Shown here piece after piece: positions 1 through 11,400 of a stretch of DNA of 34,361 nt (the first letter of the stretch is position 1; each line of letters starts with the position of its first letter). Origin of the DNA: Spirogloea muscicola (lineage: Eukaryota); the NCBI GenBank assembly GCA_009602725.1, contig WELB01000003.1, positions 1,496,262-1,530,622 on the forward strand. Direction: 5' to 3'. The position numbers were made by a program, and so were the translations under genes. The notes under the pieces are model-generated. The model ran no database searches. It was not told the origin of the DNA and saw only the letters and a list, made by a program, of their open reading frames with translations.

Positions 1-267
1 GGCGGGGCAGCGGGGTGGCCGCTGGACGCGCTCGGCGCGGCGAGGCGGCGCAGCCGCCGCGACCGGCGCGAGAGGGTGGCGAAGCCAGGAGGCCGGAGGA
101 GGAGGAGGAGAGGGAGGGGGGAGGGGTAATCTCGAGGGGAGGAGGAGGAGGAGGAGAGGAGGAGGGTGGAGTGGGAGGACTGCGGCTGCTGATGTTAGAA
201 GAGCCGCTGTGATAGCCAGCCAGGTGCATCCAGAGGGTGTCCATAGCTGTAGTTGCGGAACTACAGC
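1..267 (-). repeat. Dispersed-repeat segment homologous to 23202-23262, with an open frame (MDTLWMHLAG...) running off the window edge
   Basis: 182-244 (gcggctgctgatgttagaagagccgctgtgatagccagccaggtgcatccagagggtgtccat) aligns by eye with 23202-23262 (gcggctgctgatatgacagaatcggctgtgaaatgccagccagatgcatacagatgttcat). A perfect 9-bp hairpin lies at 246-267. Confidence 0.5.
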
Positions 268-734
268 CTAGGCAAAGGAGGGCCGCGCTGGGTAGGAGCG
301 CCGCGGCGACGAGACGAGCGGCGGCGACGGCGGAGGGAGCGGCGGCGGCTCAGGCGGCGGGGCTGCGCCTCCGTTTCCCACCGCCGCAGGGGCAGGGAGG
401 CCGCCATGGCGGCTGGGGAGGTGAGGCTCTGCCGAACCTCCGAGCGGCCTCGTCGATGCCTCCAGCATTCCTCCCTCCTCCCCATCCTGGCCTCTCCTCC
501 CTCTCTCCTCCATCTCCTCTCTCTTCTTGACAGCCAAAGTCCAGGAGTGACTTCCCTGAGCTGGTCCAGTTGGCTCTGGCGCCAAAGGCACCGGCTGGGA
601 GGCCCACCAGCTCGCTACGGCAGCTCGCCAGCCCAGCTCCTCTGGGCTGCCTCGGCGCTGAAATTGGTGGCAGCGAGTGCCGGTTCTGCAGCCTTATGGC
701 CGGCTGCCCCAGCTGCATGCAGGCGCCAGGGCCA

Positions 735-3121
735 ATGGCGAGCCCCGTCACGGAGCAGCCCAATGCCCCGCAGCTCGTGAGCGAGCTGAGCAACGGGTCC
801 GACAACGAGGACTTCCGTGCAGAGCTCACCTGCATCGAGTACTTGCGAGCACGGTGGGAGCTCGCGCTTCCCCCGTGTCTCTCGCTCCTTCCGCGTGCCC
901 ATCTCACATCGCCTCCCTGCTTCCTGCCTCTCTGTCTCCTCTCTCTCTCTCCCTCTCCCTCAGCCTTTCTCTCCCCCTCCTCCTGAAGAAGGTGTCTCAC
1001 GCTCTGCCTTTCTATTCTGTCTCTCTTCTTCTGGCTCTTGCTTCAGCTGGGGTCCTTCTTACTCCACTGCCTCTCACCTGCTCTCAGCCCTTTCCTCCAT
1101 CCTCCTTCTTTGCCGCCCCCCCCCCCTCCCCTTCCTTCCCCTGCCTCCCTCCTCCGCCTGACTGTCCCCCCAACTCCACACTCCTCTTTTTCCTGTGCAA
1201 TCCTCACTTGCCTCTGAAAGTCAAATTTCTCGCTGATCTGTCGCGGTGCTCGCTCACCCAGACGGGGGCCAGGGGGGCGGCGCCTGCGCCTGTTGGTCGT
1301 GGCGAGCGGTGGCGACGGCGTTTTGTCACTCTGCTGCCTGCCGGGCACGCCCATATCCCGACTCGCCGCAGTGGACGTGAATGCGGCACAAACGCACCTG
1401 CTTCACCTCAAGCGCGCCGCAGCAACGGAGGCACCACTTGGTGGGGCTGCCGCTTTCCTTGGCCTCGACGGCGACCATGGGACGGCAGCCGGCGTTGCTC
1501 GACGTGCCGCGTATGCCGCTGCCGTCCGCTTGGCGCTGCCCATCAACGAACAGGTGGGTGCCACAGTATAGTCCTTAGACCCCTCAACAATAACCGTGAC
1601 TTAATTTTGACATTATGATGCCTTTGAGTTGGAGTGGCTTGACTCCCATCTTAACTTTGACTGCGACAGCAACTGAAATTTCAGCTTGCTAGTTGGTCAG
1701 AGACTGAGCGCCGGCACCACAGAAGCGTGAGCGCAGGCATATTGGGATGCGCGGCTTGCCGGAGAGGTGTCACACGGCGCAGCAGCGAGTGGCGCATTGG
1801 AGCGCCTCAGCGCTGGTGTGCGGCGCCGTTTGGCGGTGCGTGGAGTCGACATCGGCGCACTGCTGCGCCTGGAGCGCGATGATGCCGTGCTGCCTGGCGC
1901 CACGGGCGCGTCCAATGAGATCCTGCGCGCTGTACTTGGCGGCTGCCTTTCCCAGGCCGCCATTGCGGATGCCTTCCAGGTCCGCAGTTAACTGCAGCCC
2001 AAGTTACTTCTGTGCTGTCGCCACCGCACGGCGTGCTGACGTGCCTGCAGTGGCTCTCAAGCCGTTGCCTGCAGATGGAGAGCCATGGTGCATGGGGAGT
2101 GCTGAGTGGCCATCTCCCGGCATTTCGAGCAGCCTGGATTGGTGACAGCCAATTTCCACACTCCACCCCCTCCTCCCACCACCACAAGATGCTTCAAGCT
2201 AAGTCACGTACTGCAATCACATGGATTGAAGATGAACATGGACATGGATGAACATTCTATGGTCAAGTTCTTCCAAGCTCTTCAACTTGCGCGTGCACTG
2301 CAAACTGCATGGCTTTGATGCTGACAAATGTCGGCAGCGCTGCGTGTGCAGAGGGCCTGATGGCACAGCTGGCTAGCAGGCTGGCCGGAGGTGCCAATGC
2401 CGCGATGCACCGCTTCTTCGCAGGCCGCCTGCCTGAGGGTGGAGCCTGTGGAGGTTTCCCACTATACCTCACCAACGAGGGCGCCGCAGCTCTACGCGCC
2501 ACGGCAGTGACAGAGGAGCCCAGCAGCGGCGCCGACTGCGTGCACCTGACTGTCCACGTTGGCGATGCCGTCGCTGTGGCGCAGTGCCTGTGCCGCGAGG
2601 TGCAAGCACATGCCAACAGCGATGCGGCAGTCACAGCTTGATGGCGCTTGTGAACGCCATCAGTGCCCTCCCTCTTCCTTTGCTTCCACCCTCTCATCCT
2701 ACAAGTGCGGGGGTCGCAGGAGGGCGCCCCCTTTGACCTCATCACACTGTCCAACATTGGCGATTGGATGAGCGATGACAAGTTCTGCACCTTCGTCAAG
2801 GCCACAGCCAGCTGCCTCGCCGATGAAGGTACGTGCTGTGCGGCACTCGCCGGCGCATGCCCGCTGTGCACTCTGCCTGAGTGCCGGCCTCGTGATGCCA
2901 CGGCACCGATGACTAATCTTTTGCACCTCCCTCCTCCATCTCTCTATCTTCCAGGCATTCTCCTGCAACGCCGCATGGTTGGTCGGCAGCGTGCAGCATT
3001 TGAGGGGTCTCTCCACGTCGATGAGGCGCTGCTTGCCGCCGTTGCCGAGGCGGAGCGCACATGCGTGTACTGGCGCCGTACCGATGCTGTCATGGTCGGA
3101 GTCAAGCGGCGCTTGGCATGA
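735..3121 (+). CDS. DUF3419 / BtaA-like (SAM:diacylglycerol 3-amino-3-carboxypropyl transferase-like) protein, 7 exons
   Basis: GT-AG exons at 735-853, 1262-1553, 1737-1979, 2075-2141, 2352-2599, 2720-2828 and 2955-3121 join in phase. Motifs NEDFRAEL, LLVVASGGDGVLSL, LAAVDVNAAQTHLLHLKRAA, AYWDARL, FPLYL and FDLITLSNIGDWMS match my recollection of DUF3419 proteins. Confidence 0.75.
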
Positions 3122-3480
3122 GCCATCCTAACCCGGCGGTCATCCATAAATCTATTGTTGTTCCTTTGCTTGGAGGTTATGCGCCGATTCTGGCCTCAGC
3201 GGTGTGAATCATCTCCATGAATATCAGGAACCAGCTCTGTAGGGTCATAGAGCTCCACCTTGCAAAATTGGCCGCCACCTCTGCCACCACTACCAACATC
3301 GGCTGGCTGCTGGCGGCTGCTCATTGCACCTGCTTAGACCACAATTAGCTGCCGCATTTGTACGGCAAAATCGGCAATCTTTAGCTTAGCACATTCTTTG
3401 CGGGACTGATTATCGTCTCCAACTTGCAGTCCACATGACAAGCCATCTCCTGCTTCCTGTGATAGCCCGCTTGCTTAGTA

Positions 3481-3948
3481 CAGTCATACCTTGTTATAGG
3501 CACGTCGGCCGGTTTGGCGAAAATATGTGACTATATCGAGGGTGTGCTTGTTCGTTGTAGAGGCACTATTGCCCCCAAATGTGCTTCTACCGTGACAATC
3601 AGCAACATATCAAATTATATTGAAAGATGGCTTTTTGGGTTCAGGTTTAGGGTTAGGGTTTAAAAACTAGACCCTAACCCTAGACCTAAACCCTAAACCC
3701 CACACCCTAAACCCTAAACCTCAGCCCTAATCCCTGTAGAGAATATGAGAGATATGTTGATTTGTTTTCATATTGGCACTTCTAGTGGGGGAATCTGCCC
3801 CGTAAAACTGTGCCTGTACATAACGGCACGTTCCCTTATCGAGTCACATTTGCCTGGGGGAAAAAGTGCTTCCCGCAAAATGGTGCCACTATCGAGGATT
3901 TAGGGAAATGTGCCCTTATCTTGGGGTGCCTATAACGAGGTTTGACTG
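3481..3948. mobile_element. 468-bp MITE, pogo/Tc1-mariner type
   Basis: 23-bp terminal inverted repeats: CAGTCATACCTTGTTATAGGCAC (3481-3503) versus the reverse complement of 3926-3948, CAGTCAAACCTCGTTATAGGCAC (21/23 match). TA flanks both ends (3479-3480, 3949-3950). Weaker sub-terminal inverted similarity is present and no ORF is evident. Confidence 0.85.
3633..3735. repeat. Degenerate interstitial telomeric repeats, inverted (TTTAGGG-like then CCCTAAA-like)
   Basis: G-rich units at 3633-3661 (tttagggttagggttt) face C-rich units at 3671-3735 (ccctaaaccc...ccctaaaccctaaacc). Confidence 0.85.
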
Positions 3949-4512
3949 TAGCAAGCAATGGTGGGTGGTGCAGCCTGCCCGCGCCTCAAGTCCAGCCGTT
4001 GAACATGCGTAGATTTCAACGGCTGTGTGGTGCAAGACTCTGGTACTTCATTGATGTGTCTTGCGCTATCCATAAAAATAGTGTAGCATGCGTCAATGAT
4101 TGCGGTACACTCCATTTACCACCTCGTCATTCCACTAACATACTCAGAAAATACGATGACGAGCAGAGCTGTCGAGCCCAAAGGAGCGACATATACTAGG
4201 AGGCGTGGCTGAGCAAACAAGGGCAAGTCGCTGCTAAGGATGGGAAATTCAGACATCTTGCGCCCATAAGTGCCATCCTCAAAGCAAGGAAATTTTACAC
4301 GGTGGTGAGCTAAGCAGCGAGCAGCTGAAAGGGCGTCACTTGCGCCTCAGGTCTACATTCTGTACTTGCAGGTTTACTTCTCAAGCCCAATGGAAGTAGA
4401 CCCCAGATCTAAGCTTCACTCAGGAGTAAAGCAACCATGTATGCCTTTGTTGCAGCTTGGGCTTGCGCATGCCCTCAAGGTCGTAACATGTGCAGTGAAT
4501 GAGCGCATGGTC

Positions 4513-7500
4513 TCATACAATCTGACCCACATTGCGCATGAGCATGACGCGGGTCTCCGTCATGTCCTCCATGGCGTACCGCAGGCCCTCGCGGCCCAGC
4601 CCCGAGTCTTTCACGCCGCCGTATGGCTGCCATCGAGAGCAACACAAGGGGCATCAAGCTCTGCAGACATGTGGGGCCCTATACGTGTTTGCAGCTTTGG
4701 CAGGATGCACACACTGTAGCACAAACACTCGAGTCATCAACGCTCACTTGCGAGTCAATGCGCATGCTTGGCACATCGTTGATGCACACGCCGCCAACAT
4801 CAAGGTGCTCAAATGCATAGAAGGTCTTGTTCAGGTCCCTGGTGAACACTCCAGCCTGCAGTGCTCACCGGAGCTTGGCTGTTAACAGAACATAGTGACT
4901 TGGAGGTCGCTGCCACAGGGCCTCGACTTTGGTTGGTTCACTTAAAGAATACACTGATAATATTCACACATCCTTAAAGCGACCTTCAGCGTGGCCACAA
5001 GGATGAGGAGACCGTAAACAGGACTGGCCTTTTTACGACACCCAAGACAGCGCATCGATTACCTGGAGCCCAAACTTTGAGGCATTAACATCGTTGATTG
5101 TAGTTACGAAGTCGTCGTAAGGAATGAGCACCACCACGGGCCCAAAGACCTCCTCGCAGTGGACCTGCGCAAATACGATGCAAGACAATTGTCTACATCA
5201 GCTCCTTGAGCTGGCCAGCGAGCTAGGAACAGTCATTCGTGGAAGTTCAGTGCACTCTCTAGTCCAATCAGGGTTGTGGAGTGTACTAAGGCACGGCTGC
5301 ATGCTGGTCAGGTAGAGTCTGTGCACATCATTTGAAGCACTACCTTCACAGACAGACGAGTGCTCACCTCCATGTCAGGCCTCACATTCTCCATGACGGT
5401 TGCCTTGTAGAAGACGCCGTCGCGTTTGCCACCTATCAGGACTCTGTTGTGGGGAAACGGTGGCAAACCACATGAGCTACAGATGTGTTGTCAGCAGAGA
5501 CGGCACAATGCATGAGCCGTAGAAAGGAGAGGTAAGGCCTCCTTGTTTTGGCAAGAGTTGCTAGGGTGTAGTGGTTACCGCGCCCCATTCTCAACTGCGT
5601 GGTCCACCCACTGCTCGATACGCTTGGCCTCTGACTCGGCAATTATTGGGCCTATAAATGTCTCCTCCTCTAGTGGGTCCCCCTGAGACAAGTGCTCAGC
5701 AGTCTCAGAAGGGCCTCGTGGCAATGTACTTTTTGAGTGAGAAATATCATAAGAGTGATGTGTTTACACCATCGTGTTACACGACATTTGGCTCGCATCC
5801 ACTTTCAGCAAGTGAGACAGCACTTGCTGACTTCATCATACCTCTTTGAGCTGCGAGACTGCCTCAGTCAGCGCCCCTTTCACCGTCTCATAAAGGTTCT
5901 GCATAGGCAGAGCAATGAGGAGGATCTCAGTGGCACGGATATGGATTCCTTTTCGTTCCTGAGTGGGTGTCCTCTATCACACAAAGTGACGCCCTATTGC
6001 CTCATTGCCTGATGCATCTCTAGTTTCTGCTTTCCGCTGGTACCATTGCAAGCTCGTGAGATGGACAAGGCAAACTGCACGATTTACAGTCAAATTAGTG
6101 ATAGTTGAAAGTCTGTCATGCCTTCTTGATGTATATCCGCTGCACGCTGATGCACGACTGCCCACTCTGGTAGAAACCACCGTGCACAATGCGTGCAATT
6201 ACACCGCCAAGGTCAGGCACTAGCTCCTGTCACACCAGCAGAACAATGCATAAGCAGGTTAATCAAATGACAGCAGAAAGCAAGACTAATTACCTGCTGA
6301 AATGGAAGCAGGGTGGGTCTGAGCCCTTGTAAGTAGTCATCTCTGCTATTGATGTTGCTTGGGTAGCAAAACAGTGCTGAGGATGGCTGAGCCTTTAGCA
6401 AAGTGGGAAGCATACGTCAACAATGCAGGCAGCATTGCCGCCCAGCTCTAGCACCACTTTTTTCTTTCCAGCTCGAGCCTTCATAGCCCACCCAACCTGT
6501 TGCGGACAAGCCATATCAATATGTTAGGTGAAACCACGTCAGGTAGGTATCAGCATAGAATTGGGCACTGAGTCTCTCCAGGGGGCATTGCAAAACCTGG
6601 CAGCAACACAGCACGGCGATGCAATTGCAGAGAGAGAGAAGAGCAGCTAATGAGAGACGGAACACACAGATGGGGACCCCGTGAAGGAGAGGAGCTTGAA
6701 TCTATCGTCCGTTGTGAAGAGATCAGCTCCATCTCTAGCGCATGGGAGGATGGAAAATGCTCCTTCCGGCAGGTTCGCACGCGACAGGATCTCTCCGAGA
6801 AGAAGTGCCCCGATGGGCGTACGGCTGCAAGCCAGCGGCAAAGCGGCAAAGCGGCAACAAGGATAAGGAATCATCTCACGGAAGTTGGCGTTCAGCTGAT
6901 GCTCATGAAACCAGGTCAATGTGGTTAAGCCCCAAGCCTGCATGAAGGTGGCAGTCCGCACCTAGCAGGCTTCATCACGAACGGGCAGCCGACAGCAAGC
7001 GCCGGGGCAATTTTGTGAGCAGCCTGAAAAGCAGATGATCAGCAGTCAGAGCATTGCAGCTGCGTGTGACAATCTCACAATGTAGCACATTGATTGCCTG
7101 CAATCAACTCAATGCCACATGAGACAGGAGGATCCTTGCGGCTCGCTTAGCGACGGGCCCAAGGGCTTACCAGATTGAGGGGGAAGTTGAACGGGCTGAC
7201 CATGCTGATGGGGCCTATCGGGAACCTCCGCACCTGTCAGCAAAATGTGCAGGGCTCCACCCAATCACGCCACCAGCAATCAGGATGCAATTCATGGCAC
7301 AATTACCAGGTCTGACAGCATCGCACCATGTCTTCAGTCACACAACTTGGAAACCGTGGGCTGTTCCTGCATACTGTAAGGCATGCACCAAAGATAGCAG
7401 CTTACCAAGGACTGGTAACCCTTTGCTCTTTCTGAAATGTCTATGGGGGCATACTCGCCATACCTTCACCTCAGCACAAGCAGGAGTAGTGTCAGACCCA

Positions 7501-8477
7501 TATGTCATTTCTCCGGGATGCAGCGAGAAGGTCAGCATGTCCCAGAAGTATTTCTATTTGCTGGCGGTGAGGAGACAGCTTGCATGCACAACTATTGCCT
7601 TGGGCCTTGATTGGACACAACTTGGACTGGGCACGGCTAATCCACAGTATAAAGCTAGGATAGCTGGACTGCGTCAATGGCCATGGGCAACAAGGACTGG
7701 TGCTTGCTTACATACGGACGCTCTCCTCTGCAGCAATCTGGAAGGTGTCAATGAGCCTCTGCACCTCTCCTCTTGAGTCCCTATTGATCATGAACGAAGT
7801 GCACAATTAGTAGCCAATTAAATTATCACTTGGTGAATTTGTTATGCCCAATCTGATGGTCCACTCTTTCTGGGAAGGCTTTATGCAATCTTCAGAGAAT
7901 GAGCACCAAGTACCTCGAAGCGTCAACCCAACAGGACCTGCTGAGAGCAGGGCCGGTAAGGGCAGCGGGCTACCTGATGGGCTTTCCAGCCTCCATGCAG
8001 AGGGCCTTGGCAAACTCCTCCGACCTCGCCTTCACCTCCCTCACAACCATCTCACAGACCGCCTTGCGCTCGTAGCTGGCCATGGCTGCCATTGCAGGCG
8101 CAGCCCGCTCTGCCGCTGCAATGGCCTCCTCAATGTCCGCTGCATGCGCCAGGGCGCACCTCGCGCCCACCTTGCCTGTTCCAATGGATATGGATGCTCA
8201 TGGGTGTGGCTACATGAAGCAGAAAAGCTTGACAACAATCTCACCTCTAGTAGCAAAGATAACACACAGAGGAAGTGAAGCTGTGAACGTATGTAAGAAG
8301 ACCGAGAGCACATGTGACACACTTCAGCCAGCTTGTGTTGAGCCTGAGTGTGACAAAGTAGGCAGTTCTGGAGCATAACAAAGAGGAAAGACATAGCACT
8401 AACTCACCCGTGTACTTGTTAGTGACCTCCAGGTCTGTGTTGGGCTGCTTGGCGACGTTAGCGATGTAGAACGGGTA
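4513..8477 (-). other. ALDH21: C-terminal domain of the fusion: ALDH21-type aldehyde dehydrogenase
   Basis: YPFYIAN...[52 protein letters not shown] (catalytic Glu), [13 protein letters not shown] (catalytic Cys), [34 protein letters not shown] is certain; the family-21 call rests on recalled sequence similarity. Confidence 0.85.
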
Positions 8478-11400
8478 TGTGGTGACCTCCGACTCTGAGG
8501 TGCTCGCTTCTGCCCTTGGCGGAGCTGCACTCTGGTGCTCAGAGGCCCCTTCCTTGCTCGCAGATTGCAGCATGCCGAACTCCGCCGAGGACACCTTGAC
8601 TGGCGCTTCAGCCTTCGCGGGGCCAGTGTTGTCTGTCAACAAAGGGGCCCCACCAGGGTGCGGGACGTCCGCAGACTTCTCGCCCGTGTTGATGTCCGCC
8701 TCGTCGTCCTTGCGCGCCGGGACGGAGGTGAGCGTCGAGCCGCAGATGGCTGGGACAGCTGCCACCTCCTTGAGCTTACCGTTGAGGACCTGCACATGAT
8801 ACCGCCGGTCGGCAGCCATGATAAGACATGCTGTGAAGGTCTCACAGATCAAGTAAGTGATATCGACCACAAGTATGATCACGGTCATTCTTCATATGGG
8901 GTTTTGGCAATGGCAGCCAGATTGATGACTAGATCTCACGTTAGCCTGCACGTGGTCCTTGCGGACGAGCCCAGGCAGCTCCTTGTCAAGCACCTCATTG
9001 TCCTCAGTGTAGTCAACCGGGACCTGCTTGCAGCAGCTCAGCGCTGAGCTTAAGCACACAATTGTATGCAGGCAGGCACAGTACACAGCAAGAGCAGAAC
9101 ATGACATAATAGACGGCAATAGACGAGCCAAGTCCGAGACCGACCTCAATGAGCTTGACGCCAGGTAAGACGTCAAGGCACTGGTGCAGGATCTCGAGGA
9201 ACTCGTCCGCCTTGGTCACACGGAAGCCCTTGGCTCCGTAGCTGGTGGCTCACAGTGCCCTCGCCATAGTCAAACACCGAAAACAGCCGGCCAGCAGGAC
9301 ATATTCCGAGGTCATGTAGATCAATCATGTCAACCGCTATTCCTGGGTGAGGTGTGGAGACAGGGGCCCACCTGTTGGCATATGCGACAAAGTCGGGGTT
9401 GTCCAGTTCCAAACCGAATCTACCAATCACCATTTCCACCAATGCAAGGAAAGGGGCAGTCAGCTCACAAAGTTCAGTGGCAGGCTAAGTAGGGAGACTA
9501 TTAGAGTGGTTGAGGACGCAATGTTGAAATATTCAAGTATGGCCCCAAAAGAAGGACATGCCAATCTTCACATGGACCCCGCTTAGCCTGCCCGCGCCGC
9601 GACCCACAAGGGCACAATTCTATCCAAGTTTGAAGGGCTCCGCACTTGTTGAACCCCGCCGCATGCTGCTTCCACTTGATCATGCCGTAGCCATTGTCGT
9701 TGATGACAATTACAGTCATGTTGAGCTTGATTCTGACCGCAGTCTCCAGCTCCTGTTAACCAGGGGTAATTGTCAGAATTCACAAATGAGGTGACATAAG
9801 CTAATTTTGGACAAGATATCTGTGACCACGTGAATTGGAATCATGACTACTCGAAGAACAGTAGTTAAGTAGAATGGTCATATAGTTATTCCACTGTGAC
9901 TGTCCCTGGCTCCACCATCCTTCCACATTCTGAAGCTTGAGGAAGCTTACGAGGCCCTTCGAAGAAGCTTACACGGCTTCGGCCTCGTACAATGCATGCG
10001 CACCTGCGAATTCATCATGAAACCTCCGTCGCCGCATACAGCCACCACCTTTTTCTCTGGGTAGAGCAGCGAGACAGCCATTGCCGAGGGCAGACCGGCG
10101 CCCATTGTGGCGAGTGCGTTGTCAAGCAAAAGAGTGTTTGGTTGATAGGCCTGTCAAGCACCTCCTTGCTTCCTCAGTACGGTGAATGATTCTTGAAGCC
10201 CATTGGATATAGTGACTGGCAGAATAACTATAGAAGGCATTGCAGGACTTGAGACATCCTAAAGTCAAAGCCTGTCTCGTCTTCGTCAAGCTCTTCTGTA
10301 GGTACCATGTGGAGCGAGCAGCACTGATCCAGAAGCCTTGTGGTTCACACTGCACCAACCTTGTAGCAGCGTGCAAAGTAGATCTTGTACATGCCTGCAT
10401 TAGAGAGAGCAAGATGATGCAAAGGGTGATCAAACGCAGACCAGCCTGCTGCCTGCTCCAGTAACAAGGATCTCTAGCATCTCCAGATGGGGACATCATA
10501 CCACGAAGCAGTGCTCAAATGGCGAACCCACTGGTCTAGAATAAGCCAGCAAGCCATGTCTGCACTTAGTGTCACAATGGACAGAAGGAGATGTGAAACC
10601 CGCTTACCGTTGTCCAGACAGGCGACACCATCATCTGGGAGTGCTCTCCTGCGCAGGTTGATGTGGAAAAACTTAGCGCACGCATGTTGTCTTGAGGACC
10701 AACGTGAACTTGGACTCGCAGGAGGACCAGGAAATACACTGGTGAGTCCAAAGCTAGGTAAGTCGAGATAAAATGCTGTGAAGATAAGCACCTCACGTCG
10801 GCCACAACACGCTGTGGGGAGAGGGGAAAGGCCGGGTTGTCAACATTTTTGCGCAGCGAGTCCTCAAAGTCCTTCTTCACCTGCGCGTTGGTCCCAGAAA
10901 AGGTAACCTTCAGAGGTCAAGCTTAAAAGCTAAGCTTGCAGCTGCATATGGAGTCTAAGCTTGAACCTTATAACCTGCACCCGTGATACTTAGAATCATA
11001 ACACTGCAAGGCTGTGCTGGGTAAAGGGGGAGGCAGGCAGCAGCTTGACAACAGTCTCGGAACTCTATTGGCTGGCACAGGATGTCCAGGTCCACTCACG
11101 CCCATCATGAAGGAATGGTCCCAGTGGCTCTGGGGCTCCAGGCGATTTGTGAGCTGCCAGACGGCGTTGGCGATGTCGCCAACAACCTCCAGCTGCGGGA
11201 AGTAGACGTTGTCTACCTTGGCGCTGTAGAAGTTCACGTGTATCACCATTGGCGGCTCGTTGTGCCTGAAGCTCCCATCAAGTCACAATGGTGGCCGTCA
11301 CAATATGAATTGGAAGACAATACAACTTCTTCCCAATATATCTCAGGCAGTTAGCTCCTGCTGGATGGACCTCTCTGGATCCAAGAGGGAGGTGTGCTGG

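Noticed and set aside
182..244. Hammerhead ribozyme in the shared 60-mer
   Set aside because: CTGATGT and CTGATAT do not match the CUGANGA core, and the required helices are not evident.
253..1618. Overlapping 100-300 aa Arg/Pro/Ala-rich ORFs, also around 14546-15489 and 24025-25020
   Set aside because: They are shadow frames of GC-rich exons, CT-rich introns and (GCC)n tracts, with no recognisable domains.
3633..3735. Ancient chromosome end-to-end fusion site
   Set aside because: The inverted telomeric repeats are short and sit inside a TIR/TA-bounded element, which explains them more simply.
8247..8888. ALDH as an independent gene starting at ATG 8819
   Set aside because: Only about 70 nt separate it from the upstream unspliced stop, too little for a terminator plus promoter, and strong phase-compatible splice sites join the two. 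Kept only as a possible isoform.
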